64,000 nt of DNA. It comes from Arenicellales bacterium. GTDB taxonomy: Bacteria; Pseudomonadota; Gammaproteobacteria; Arenicellales; JAJDZL01. Below, one piece after another: positions 8,965-18,439 of the stretch (position 1 is the stretch's first letter; every line of letters starts with the position of its first letter). The translations under genes and the position numbers were made by a program. A model generated the notes under the pieces. That model did no database searches, had not been told where the DNA came from, and worked only from the letters and a program-made list of their open reading frames with translations. The stretch is from contig OZ244840.1 in assembly GCA_965220725.1 (NCBI GenBank), positions 1,268,180 through 1,332,179 of the forward strand, read 5' to 3'.

Positions 8965-9250
8965 ATCCCAGACACTGCCAATGCAGAACATTCAACAGTA
9001 TCAGCCAAAGCCGCACACTTTTGATAATTGACAACCAACTGTCAACTTCATAGTATAATCTGTCAATAACATGATGTAACTGATGTATGTTTCTGCAACC
9101 ACCAGTTTAATGCACATCCCCACAGTATTTTTACTTCCAGTTATCAACAGATAATTATTACGCATCCTACTGAATCCACTGGCTTTTTCCGAGTTATACC
9201 TATTTTGAACAGGCCTAACAGAAACATAAATATCACCTCTAGAAACTTTT

Positions 9251-10459
9251 ATGCAATTCATTGTTGACAGAGATCAGATTCTCAATCCATTAAGTCGTGT
9301 CAATACTGTCGTTGACCGTAATCCAACCATCCCCATCCTGTCCCAAGTCCTCCTCACGGTGGATGAAGACAAGACGGGAATCCGACTGACCGGTTCAAAC
9401 ATTGAGATTGAGATCAGCGAGTACATTCCGGATGTTGAAGTCAGCGAGTCCGGGCAGGTTGCCTTTCCTGGATTGACCGCACAGGAGTTCTGTCGCCAGC
9501 TGCCAAAAGAGTGTCGATTGAAGTTCGACATCTCAGGTGGTGCAATGAACATCTACAAGTTGGATGACCAAGGCAACCCGGAAGAGCCAGCCCAATCAGA
9601 TGACGAAAGTTCAGGTGAAAGCAATGGTGCCGGTGGTGGCAAGAGTCATCTCAGTCTGCAGACAATGATGCGGGACTCGCTTGATGGATTGTTCCCGATT
9701 CTGGATGCAGGGGAATGGGATATACAGTTTCAGATCAACCGGTCTGATCTTCGCACCATTATCAGCCGCTCTCAGCACGCGATGGGTGCAGCCGACTTGC
9801 GCTATTACCTCAACGCAATGCTGTTCGAGATCAGTGAAAAAGAACTCCGAACCGTGGCGACAGACGGCCATCGAATGGCTGTGAGTCACGCTGAGGCGGC
9901 AACAGGTCTCAATGACAGCATGCATCGGGCGATTGTGCCGAGAAAAACCGTACTGGACCTGAACAAGCTGCTGACCGAACTGTCCTCACCGGTCACGCTT
10001 GAATTCAACGACAATCACATCCGGATGAGTACACCCAATGTCAAGTTTACTTCGAAACTGCTCGAGGGTACCTACCCGGATTGGCGCGGCGCCATTCCCG
10101 CCAATCTGTCTTGTTTGTTCCGCGCCCCCAGACTTGAACTCATCTCTGTGCTTCGACGTGTCGCCATTCTGGGCCCGGAAGTCGCCATTTCAATGGAAGT
10201 GAATGACGGTAAGCTCAGGGTTCATGCCGAAACCACCAAGAATGCGCAATTCAAGATCGACGAGAGCCTGGACATTGAACAGGAAGGCGATGCGCTGTCC
10301 TTCCAGGTCAACGGCAAATACCTGCTGGACATATTCGAGGCCATGCCCGAATACGACTCAGTGGAATTCAATTTGCGCAATGCCAATACCGCAGCCCTGA
10401 TCAACTTCCCACGAAATGAATCATCCAGTTTCCTGGTAATGTTGCTCAAAGACCGCTGA
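9251..10459 (+). CDS. dnaN: DNA polymerase III beta sliding clamp, with an acidic/Gly-rich insertion of about 27 aa
   Basis: Collinear with E. coli DnaN (RYYLNAMLFE, LRTVATDGHRMAV, KLLEGTYPDWR). It is 402 aa against about 366 aa, because of LDDQGNPEEPAQSDDESSGESNGAGGG. Confidence 0.95.
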   Translation: MQFIVDRDQILNPLSRVNTVVDRNPTIPILSQVLLTVDEDKTGIRLTGSNIEIEISEYIPDVEVSESGQVAFPGLTAQEFCRQLPKECRLKFDISGGAMNIYKLDDQGNPEEPAQSDDESSGESNGAGGGKSHLSLQTMMRDSLDGLFPILDAGEWDIQFQINRSDLRTIISRSQHAMGAADLRYYLNAMLFEISEKELRTVATDGHRMAVSHAEAATGLNDSMHRAIVPRKTVLDLNKLLTELSSPVTLEFNDNHIRMSTPNVKFTSKLLEGTYPDWRGAIPANLSCLFRAPRLELISVLRRVAILGPEVAISMEVNDGKLRVHAETTKNAQFKIDESLDIEQEGDALSFQVNGKYLLDIFEAMPEYDSVEFNLRNANTAALINFPRNESSSFLVMLLKDR

Positions 10460-10561
10460 CCGCAGTTCACTTGAACTGTTTAACCCTCTGCTTCGGTCCC
10501 GCCCGATGGGCAACAGACCGAACGACACAAACAGATTGAATATTCCCTGAAAGACGTTTCC

Positions 10562-13018
10562 ATGACAGACGATAAGTCCCTGACTGGCAATTACGACGAG
10601 ACCAATATCACGGTATTGCGCGGGCTCGAGCCCGTACGCAAGCGACCGGGTATGTACATCGGTGACACCGACGATGGCACCGGACTGCATCACATGGTGT
10701 CCGAAGTAATTGACAATGCGATCGACGAGGCATCGCAGGGACACTGTCAGAAAATCATCACCCGCATCCATGAGGACGGTGCAATCTCTGTTACCGACGA
10801 CGGTCGCGGCATCCCGACCGGCATCATGAAAAAAGTGGGCGAGGACGATGAGGACATCCCGGCGGCAACCGTCGTCATGACCGTGTTGCATGCAGGCGGG
10901 AAGTTTGATGCCAAATCCTACGCCGCGTCGGGCGGACTGCATGGCGTGGGCGTCTCGGTCGTCAACGCGCTGTCGCAGTACCTTGAGATGACCATCCATC
11001 GCGAAGGTGAGATTCACTACCAGGAATTCCGAAACGGCGCGCCGGTTGAACCCTTGAAGGTGATCGGCGAAACCGAAACAACCGGCACAACCATCCGTTT
11101 CAAGCCGTCGTCAGATGTGTTTTCCGATACTGAATTCAGGTTTGAGATCCTGCACGACCGGCTCCGGGAACTGTCCTATCTCAACCCCGGTGTCTACATC
11201 GAGCTGTACGATGAGCGCGACGGCAGGCGCGAGATGCTGCACCACGAAGGCGGCATCGTCGAATATGTTGCAGACATGAATCGAATGCGGCATGCCCTCA
11301 ATGAGTCCGTCATCTCCATCAGCGGCAACCAGGACGACATCCAAGTTGAGGCGGCACTGCAGTGGTGCCAGCAATACTACAACGAACACACGCGCTGCTA
11401 TACCAACAACATCTATCAGCGCGATGGCGGAACCCACAATACCGGATTTCGCAAGGCGGTGACCCGGACCATTATCGCCTACATGGACAAGCAGGGGCTC
11501 ACCAGGAAGATCAAGGTCACCGGTGAGGACGCCCGGGAAGGATTGACCGCGGTGCTGTCGATCAAGGTACACGAGCCGAAGTTCTCATCGCAGACCAAGG
11601 ACAAGCTGGTCTCCTCAAACGTCGAAAGCGCGGTGAGCGCGGTGGTGTCCGACGGGTTGAATGACTTCCTTGAGGAAAACCCGAAAGTTGCCCGCCTGAT
11701 CTGCGACAAGGTCAACAATGCGGCGGCAGTGCGCGAAAAGTCACAAAGAGAGAAGGCAGCGGCACGGAAAAACGCCTTTGAGTCCACTTCCCTGCCCGGC
11801 AAGCTTGCGGACTGTCAGGAGAAGGACCCTGCGTTGAGTGAGCTGTTCCTGGTCGAGGGCGAATCCGCCGGCGGCTCCGCCAAGCAGGCGAGGGACCGCA
11901 AGTACCAGGCCATCCTGCCCCTGAAGGGCAAGATTCTGAATGTACAGAAGGCATCGCTAGACAAGATCGTCCGCTCCGATGAGATCCAGACTCTGATCGC
12001 CGCGCTTGGTACCGGCTCCATGCCGGATTTTGATATCGAGAAACTGCGCTATCACCGCGTCATCATCATGACCGACGCCGATGTCGACGGCTCCCACATA
12101 CGAACGCTGCTGCTGACGTTCTTCTACAACAAGATGCCCGCCTTGATCGAGGGCGGACATCTGTATATCGCACAACCTCCGCTGTACAAGGCCAAGTTCG
12201 GCAAGTCCGAGAAATACCTCAGCGATGACCGCGAACTCGACGGCTACATTCTCGAGGTCGCTGTCAGCGACAGCGAGATTCAGCTGCAGGCGGATGAGGC
12301 CGACCAGACAACGGTGATCGATGGTGAACGACTCGGCAAGTTGTGTCAGTTGCGCGTCAACGCACGAAATGCCATCGAATCGCTTTCCAGAACCTGGGAC
12401 CGCGATCTGCTCAATGTGTTGGCCGCCGGTGCCGCACTGGATGCGGAAAGATTTGATGATGACGCCTATCTTGCGTCGTTTGCCGAACAGTTGTCATCCA
12501 GCCTCAAGCAGGCACTCAATGGCGGCACCCAGTACGTTGTTTCAGTCGTTCCGGATAGCAACGCCAACGGCCATCAGCGATTCCAGATCCTGATCGAGAA
12601 AGAGCACATGGGCGAGCGTGTTGCGTTCCTGCTCGACAGGAATTTTGCGCGCTCGGCCGCCTACCGCTCCATGGTCAGTCTGGAAGAAGAGTTGCGGGCC
12701 TATTCGAATGACACGGTCGGGGTGCAGCGCGCCAAGAAAACCGTCGACAACCTGACGGTGGCACAGGCCATTGACTGGCTGCTGGAAGAGGCGCGCAAGG
12801 GCATTTCAATCCAGCGCTACAAGGGTCTCGGTGAGATGAATGCCGATCAGCTGCGCGAAACCACGATGGACATGAACCAGCGCCTGCTGCGCAAGGTCAA
12901 GATCGAGGACAGCATGCGCACCGACCGCGCGTTTGAGGTATTGATGGGCGATGAGGTCATGCCGCGCCGCGAGTTCATCGAGACCGAAGCCCTGTCAGTC
13001 AAGAATCTCGATATCTGA
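10562..13018 (+). CDS. gyrB: DNA gyrase subunit B
   Basis: GLEPVRKRPGMYIGDT, GLHHMVSEVIDNAIDE, EGESAGGSAKQARDR, PLKGKILNV, MTDADVDGSHIRTLLLTFF. Confidence 0.97.
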   Translation: MTDDKSLTGNYDETNITVLRGLEPVRKRPGMYIGDTDDGTGLHHMVSEVIDNAIDEASQGHCQKIITRIHEDGAISVTDDGRGIPTGIMKKVGEDDEDIPAATVVMTVLHAGGKFDAKSYAASGGLHGVGVSVVNALSQYLEMTIHREGEIHYQEFRNGAPVEPLKVIGETETTGTTIRFKPSSDVFSDTEFRFEILHDRLRELSYLNPGVYIELYDERDGRREMLHHEGGIVEYVADMNRMRHALNESVISISGNQDDIQVEAALQWCQQYYNEHTRCYTNNIYQRDGGTHNTGFRKAVTRTIIAYMDKQGLTRKIKVTGEDAREGLTAVLSIKVHEPKFSSQTKDKLVSSNVESAVSAVVSDGLNDFLEENPKVARLICDKVNNAAAVREKSQREKAAARKNAFESTSLPGKLADCQEKDPALSELFLVEGESAGGSAKQARDRKYQAILPLKGKILNVQKASLDKIVRSDEIQTLIAALGTGSMPDFDIEKLRYHRVIIMTDADVDGSHIRTLLLTFFYNKMPALIEGGHLYIAQPPLYKAKFGKSEKYLSDDRELDGYILEVAVSDSEIQLQADEADQTTVIDGERLGKLCQLRVNARNAIESLSRTWDRDLLNVLAAGAALDAERFDDDAYLASFAEQLSSSLKQALNGGTQYVVSVVPDSNANGHQRFQILIEKEHMGERVAFLLDRNFARSAAYRSMVSLEEELRAYSNDTVGVQRAKKTVDNLTVAQAIDWLLEEARKGISIQRYKGLGEMNADQLRETTMDMNQRLLRKVKIEDSMRTDRAFEVLMGDEVMPRREFIETEALSVKNLDI

Positions 13019-13029
13019 CCGAGCCCTGC

Positions 13030-13407
13030 TCAGTGCAGCGTACTCTGGGCCGAGAGTACGAATTGCGGAATCTCGGCATCGAACTGGGTGCCATCATCGG
13101 CAACCATCTGATACGTGCCCTCCATTGTTCCAACCGGTGTTTCCAGTACCGCGCCACTGGTGTACTCAAATGACTGTCCGGGCAGCAGATGAGGCTGCTC
13201 ACCGACAACTCCCTCGCCGCGGACATGCTCCTCATGACCATCACCGTCGGTGATGATCCAGTGCCGGGTCATCAATTGCGCGCCGATCGCACCCAGATTG
13301 GTGATTGTGATGACGTAGGCAAAGACAAAACTCCGCTCCGCAGGATTGGAGTTGTTGGCAATGTAGTGGGTTTCAACCTGGACGTCGATTTTGTAATCTT
13401 CTGACAT
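13030..13407 (-). CDS. apaG: ApaG (DUF525) protein
   Basis: 125 aa. Motifs: FAYVITITN, WIITDGDG....VRGEGVVGEQP.L.PG..F.Y.S. Confidence 0.85.
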   Translation of the reverse strand: MSEDYKIDVQVETHYIANNSNPAERSFVFAYVITITNLGAIGAQLMTRHWIITDGDGHEEHVRGEGVVGEQPHLLPGQSFEYTSGAVLETPVGTMEGTYQMVADDGTQFDAEIPQFVLSAQSTLH

Positions 13408-13512
13408 GGGCTCACGCGGATTGCAGTAAAAGTCTCTGGATTATTGTATTGTGTCAGTTCTGCAGGATAAACAGAAAATTAACCGGCAAGCGGCTGCAAA
13501 CAGTCAAATGAG

Positions 13513-14334
13513 TCAGTTCCTGCACGACACCTGGGTGATCATGAATGATCCGCCGTCGAGCCGCGCAGCACTCAGGCAGCGCCCCCAGCAACAGCCCGAA
13601 TCCATGGCCAGGATGCCCGGTTGCTGATAGACACCAAGCGACGACCAGTGGCCGAACACAATGGTTGGATCAATTCGGATGCGTCCAGGAAACTCAAACC
13701 ACGGAATCAGTTTCCTGGCCTGCTCGCCCCGGGTGCGCATCTCCTTGTAGTCCAGTCGTCCGTTGCGCTTGATATAGCGCATTCGGGTGAATACGTTGAT
13801 CATGAAACGCGACCGCGCCCAGCCGGTGCGTGACTCTGACCATCGCCGCGGCTTGTTGCCGAACATGTTGCTCAACAGTTCCTGCCTGCGCTCACTTTGC
13901 AGCAGGCTTTCGATTTCCGACGAGTGTGACAGGGTCTGCTCCAGTGTCCAGAACGGGTGGACCCCGGCGTGAACCGCCAGAATGTTCAGCTCCGGATCAT
14001 GGATGGCCAGCGGCTGGCGATACAGCCACTGTCGGATCTCAGAGCGCTCAGCTGACGCCAGAACATCGGAAAATGTATCGCGCTCGCGCGGTTGCACGAC
14101 ACCCTCAAGCACCGCAAGCAGATACAGGTCATGGTTACCGAGCAGGGTGTCAATGGACTCCTCATGGCGCATGGCAAACTCAAGTACCGACAGCGAGTCC
14201 GGGCCGCGGTTGACCAGATCTCCCAGCAGAATCAGACGGTCGGCCCCGGGTGAGAACCCGATGCGGTCGAGCAGCTGCATGAACTCCTTGTGGCGACCCT
14301 GTATATCGCCAATGGCATAGGTTGGCATGATCAA
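13513..14334 (-). CDS. apaH: Bis(5'-nucleosyl)-tetraphosphatase, symmetrical
   Basis: Metallophosphatase motifs: YAIGDIQG, LLGDLVNRGPDS, GNHDLYLL, VHAG, GHW. Confidence 0.9.
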   Translation of the reverse strand: MIMPTYAIGDIQGRHKEFMQLLDRIGFSPGADRLILLGDLVNRGPDSLSVLEFAMRHEESIDTLLGNHDLYLLAVLEGVVQPRERDTFSDVLASAERSEIRQWLYRQPLAIHDPELNILAVHAGVHPFWTLEQTLSHSSEIESLLQSERRQELLSNMFGNKPRRWSESRTGWARSRFMINVFTRMRYIKRNGRLDYKEMRTRGEQARKLIPWFEFPGRIRIDPTIVFGHWSSLGVYQQPGILAMDSGCCWGRCLSAARLDGGSFMITQVSCRN

Positions 14335-14365
14335 CCAGAATTAGAGAGTTGATGCGTAAAGACGC

Positions 14366-15088
14366 TCAGTTGCAGATGACATCCAGGCGGGACTGGCGAT
14401 AGCTCTCCCGCACGAACAGGTAAGGATCGGCCTGTTCGGCCGCAAGGTCGGTAAACGGCAGCAGCCGCGCCCTCGTATCGACGATGGAGCCAACCTGTAC
14501 GGCCATCTGGTGCTCAGATTTCTCGATGTGCTTTTCGACGTATGTGTGTCGCGAATTCACCACCGAGCCAACCGTGGCGGTCAGATTGCTGGGACCGGCG
14601 AACGGATAGACGACGTAGGGACCGTCACCAATGCCCCAGGCGCCGAACATGTGTCCGAAATCATGATCCTTGTATGAAACGCCCATGTAGTCTGCCACAT
14701 CGAAAATCCCGAACAGTCCTAAGGTGGTGTTGATTGAAAACCGAAGCCCCGATTGTGCGGCAACCTCGAACTTACCCGCAAATGCGCTGGAAACCAGGTT
14801 CCGCGGCTCCTTGAGGTTGCGGTAGAAACTCGAGACGCTGGCTTCAACAGGGTCAGGCGTGACGTTTCTGTAGGATCTTGCAAGCGGCTCATAGACCGCC
14901 TTGTCCATTCTCAGGTTCAATCTGTAGATGGTGCGGTTGACGGACTCAAACGGATCGTAGGTTTCGGTGTAGTGTTCCGGGTCCAATGCGTCGCACGAAG
15001 ACGGCAAATAGGTCGACGCGCAGCCAGCCAGCGCCACAACCAGCGCGAGGCCCGGGATCGTCAGCAAGGAACGCCTGGTAAACGTCAT
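14366..15088 (-). CDS. mlaA: MlaA/VacJ family outer-membrane lipoprotein
   Basis: Lipobox LAGC. Also DPFESVNR.IY.LN..MDK....P.A..Y and the conserved NTT.GLFGIFDVA. Confidence 0.8.
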   Translation of the reverse strand: MTFTRRSLLTIPGLALVVALAGCASTYLPSSCDALDPEHYTETYDPFESVNRTIYRLNLRMDKAVYEPLARSYRNVTPDPVEASVSSFYRNLKEPRNLVSSAFAGKFEVAAQSGLRFSINTTLGLFGIFDVADYMGVSYKDHDFGHMFGAWGIGDGPYVVYPFAGPSNLTATVGSVVNSRHTYVEKHIEKSEHQMAVQVGSIVDTRARLLPFTDLAAEQADPYLFVRESYRQSRLDVICN

Positions 15089-15091
15089 GAA

Positions 15092-15718
15092 CTACTTGTT
15101 GTCAGGGTTCAGCGAATAGGTGGCGATGATCGAGGCCTGACCGAGGATGTGGCCCTGCATCGCATCAACAACGTCCTGACCGGTGAACGCACCCTGAACC
15201 GTAAGTTCAGGAACATCGAGTGCGTAGACCGTGAAGTGGTAGTGGTGGACAATGCTGTCGTTCCATGGCGGGCAGGGGCCGTCGTATCCAAAGTACTGTC
15301 CGCCCATCGCCTCATCACCGGCGAACCATGACGTATAGTCGTTGATGCCATGGCGCATGCCCGAGGGTGCGTCTTGAGAGGACTTGCCCTTCAGCGTGAC
15401 GCCGTTGCTGTGGGAGGCGGTCTCGACTTCGCGCTCAGAGGCTGGAATATCAACCAGTACCCAGTGATAGAAGTCGATTCGCGGTAGGTCGGCCGGAACG
15501 GTCTTTCCCTCCTGATTGACGTCATCGGGCCGGCTTGGCACGTCCGGGTCACAGCAAAGCAGGGCAAAGGACTGAACGCCGGCCGGTACATCAGACCAGC
15601 CCAGGTGAGGATTGCAGTTGGATGACAGGGTGACATGGGAGTCCGGATCCGGTGCACAAAAGGCAAACCGCTCGGGCATCCGCTCTCCATTGTCAAAATC
15701 ACTGCTAGATAGTATCAT
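15092..15718 (-). CDS. YbhB/YbcL (PEBP, Raf-kinase-inhibitor-like) family protein
   Basis: CCDPDVP, HWVLVDIP, GINDY, GYDGPCPP....HHYHFTVYALD. Confidence 0.8.
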   Translation of the reverse strand: MILSSSDFDNGERMPERFAFCAPDPDSHVTLSSNCNPHLGWSDVPAGVQSFALLCCDPDVPSRPDDVNQEGKTVPADLPRIDFYHWVLVDIPASEREVETASHSNGVTLKGKSSQDAPSGMRHGINDYTSWFAGDEAMGGQYFGYDGPCPPWNDSIVHHYHFTVYALDVPELTVQGAFTGQDVVDAMQGHILGQASIIATYSLNPDNK

Positions 15719-15791
15719 TCATTTGTCCCGAAAAACACAATACAACACAACATCTTGTTTATTTTATTCGAATTCTTTGCGTTGATTCGCC

Positions 15792-16673
15792 GTGTTTGAA
15801 ACCACACGGAAATCACGCGCGAAACCCAGCTGTTTGCTGGCAATGGTGGCAATCCTGCTGGGGGTTGCTGCAGGCAGTGCCGTGGCTCAAGAGATCGACA
15901 TCGAGCAGACAGCCAACACGATCTTCAAGGCATTCACCAAGAACCATCAGCTTGAATCCGAACTGTCAGTGGACACGGATTCTGCCTTGGCGGTTCAGGA
16001 CTTCTACATCGCCCTGTTGCGTCCGACCTGGGGCATGGATGTGGGCTACGTATCCTCAGCGATGACTGGAAACTCAATACCCGCCGAGCCGATCACGGGT
16101 GTATTGCTTGAGAACATGTTTACCGGGACCCGGGCAGTGATCAACCGGACCTATGGCGTGCATATGCATGCATCTGCGGAGCTCCTGGTACGTGTCGGTT
16201 CAGATGACCTGAACGTTGCTGCCAGCAGGCAGGAGGCTTTGGAAGCCCTGAAGTCCGTGATCCCCGGTGTCCGTCTCACCGACGTCTTGATGGATGCGGA
16301 CAATCCGCGCGGACAGGCGGAGACTGCCGCAACCAATCTGGAAGTCAGGTTCTGTGTGCTCGGTGGCGAGTTGGAACTGGGTTCGGATACCGACTGGATC
16401 AGTCGGCTGGCGGATTTTTCCGCCGTGCTCTACGATCAGAACAAGGTCAAGATATTTGAATACCAAAACTCTGCATCCACCCATCCGCTGGATGCGGTGC
16501 TGCAGGTCCGGGATGCCTTGCATGCACGGGGCATCCTGCTACGCGAGGACGACATTCTGGCGCTGGGTGTGCTGACCGAGAGCGTTGCGGTTGAGGAGCT
16601 GACGCGGTTGCGGGCCGTGTTTCATGGCTTGTCCGACGAGGATCAGGTCTCGGTTTACATGGGATTTCAGTGA
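15792..16673 (+). CDS. Secreted protein with a 2-keto-4-pentenoate-hydratase/FAH-like pattern (tentative)
   Basis: Signal peptide CLLAMVAILLGVAAGSAVAQE. The overall motif order resembles the MhpD/HpcG family (G.DVGY.S, ...E.E...RVG.DL, ..NLE..F.VLGGE, ...L..GDILALG). No database confirmation. Confidence 0.4.
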   Translation: MFETTRKSRAKPSCLLAMVAILLGVAAGSAVAQEIDIEQTANTIFKAFTKNHQLESELSVDTDSALAVQDFYIALLRPTWGMDVGYVSSAMTGNSIPAEPITGVLLENMFTGTRAVINRTYGVHMHASAELLVRVGSDDLNVAASRQEALEALKSVIPGVRLTDVLMDADNPRGQAETAATNLEVRFCVLGGELELGSDTDWISRLADFSAVLYDQNKVKIFEYQNSASTHPLDAVLQVRDALHARGILLREDDILALGVLTESVAVEELTRLRAVFHGLSDEDQVSVYMGFQ

Positions 16674-16704
16674 AGTCCGGATCCAGTATTCAAGATGCTG
16701 AAAG

Positions 16705-17379
16705 GTGAGCTGCCGGGGGCTGATCATCGCAACCGGACCGTGGTCTCTGGCCTGCCAGCCCGTAACGGTGGCGTGCGACCGCGCTGAGTCAACCATTCAA
16801 ATTCCCCGTGTGTGTTTCACCATCGACATGTTGGTGACCGCTGGCATCACCAAAATCCTTCTCGGTACAACACCGCAAAACCTTGAAAGCTTCAGGAGCA
16901 TCCTGCTCGGATTCAAGGATTCAGGTGTTGAGATTTCCTACCTGTTGCTGCGCGATGAAGGCGTCTGTGAGGCACTCGCCGGTGGCCATGAATTTGCCGC
17001 GCAATCCAACTTCGCGATTGCACCGGCTGGCTTTTATTGTGAGGGGACTACCGGTGACCCATCCAGGCTGAGAACCGTGCTGGCGCACAGCCGGGGTGTT
17101 ACGGCGTTTCGGATGTCGGGTTGCCTTTCAAGCGAGGGCCAGACCATTCCCGAGCTGTTGGTAGTCGATGCGAGAGCACGTACCCGTTTACAGAAGATGG
17201 ACACCCGTGCCGTCACTGATTTCAGGGAACTGAGGAGATTCTGCGCGCTTCATTTCAGGTATTCTGAGGTGGACCTCCGGGGTTCCCACCGATTTGTCAG
17301 CCTGGCACAATGTCAGGCGATCGACAAGGCGTTCCCGGATTCTGAAGTGCTTGCAAGATTGGCGTCTGCCGGGTATTGA
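16705..17379 (+). CDS. Sugar-nucleotidyltransferase-like protein with a degenerate catalytic signature (tentative; GTG start)
   Basis: GLIIATGPWSLACQP.....ID.LV.AGI.KILLGTTPQ.L..F...L......GVEISYL mirrors the RmlA/GlmU N-termini. The G-x-G-T-R-L loop is replaced by GPWSLA. Coding status is itself uncertain. Confidence 0.35.
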   Translation: MSCRGLIIATGPWSLACQPVTVACDRAESTIQIPRVCFTIDMLVTAGITKILLGTTPQNLESFRSILLGFKDSGVEISYLLLRDEGVCEALAGGHEFAAQSNFAIAPAGFYCEGTTGDPSRLRTVLAHSRGVTAFRMSGCLSSEGQTIPELLVVDARARTRLQKMDTRAVTDFRELRRFCALHFRYSEVDLRGSHRFVSLAQCQAIDKAFPDSEVLARLASAGY

Positions 17380-17415
17380 CTGCGGCAGATCACAGGCTTT
17401 CGCCCGAAGCGACGG

Positions 17416-17799
17416 CTACAGACTGGAGATATAGTCGGAATAGCTGTCCTGCGTCATCAGGTCGCCAAACTCTGCCGGTTCGGACATCACCATTTTGCAG
17501 ACCCAGCCCTTATCGGTTGGACTGTCGTTGATCAGTTCAGGTGCGTCTTCCAGGTCGTGATTGAATTCAACAACCTCGCCGGATACAGGCGCAACAAACG
17601 GTACGGCCGCCTTGACCGACTCAACGATGGTCACCTCGTCCCCCAGGTTGTATTGGCCTCCCATATCAGGCACCTCTACAAACACGACATCGCCGACTTC
17701 ATTCTGACCGAACTCGGTCAGTCCTATGGTGACGATGTTCTCTTCGGCATCATCAACTCTGACCCATCTGTGATCATCTGAGTAGGCAATGTCGCTCAT
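17416..17799 (-). CDS. gcvH: Glycine cleavage system H protein (lipoyl carrier)
   Basis: 127 aa. Has the lipoyl-lysine motif VESVKA, plus GDVVFVE.P and KGW..K. Confidence 0.9.
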   Translation of the reverse strand: MSDIAYSDDHRWVRVDDAEENIVTIGLTEFGQNEVGDVVFVEVPDMGGQYNLGDEVTIVESVKAAVPFVAPVSGEVVEFNHDLEDAPELINDSPTDKGWVCKMVMSEPAEFGDLMTQDSYSDYISSL

Positions 17800-18439
17800 C
17801 CGGATTCCCTCATGGTTGAATTGTCATCAGTCGGTTGCAGAAACTGCAAGGCTTGTCCATCGTTTTGGAAGATGCGCCTCAAATCTGGCTGCAGTATTGC
17901 AAGTTGAACCGGTATGGATTGGCTAATCCATCCGTTAAACCGCTAATGATATTTCAAAGACAGCGTGCCAATTCTGGAATTTTGTGACATTTGATGGTTG
18001 GACTCAGCGAGGATTGATTGGCACTACGATCGATATCCGGATTCTGCAATCCGTAACCAATCCTCAAGAGCGAGATTCTGCATCTGCCCAATTTTTCCAC
18101 CGGGAATTTTGCCCAACCTGTATGTTGCTCAACCTGTGGAGTATCACCACCGGTGAATGGTACCTGGGATGCTGATACGGTGATTTCGCAATACCGATCA
18201 ATCAATGAATCAATCCCACAGACGGTTGAATCTGACTTTGATGGTTTAGGAATCTGTTGTGCTCGACTTTGAGTCGTTGATGTTCGCTTTGCGGACGCCA
18301 TCGAGCTGATGGAGGCAGAACCAGCCTCAGCCATGCAGCAGCTCTTCCGTATTGGCGCTTGAAATTCAGCGACCAAGAGGCTGAGTCACCGCAATCACAC
18401 GACATTGTGTCGGTCGCCGCAACAACGTTCATTCGTCGC

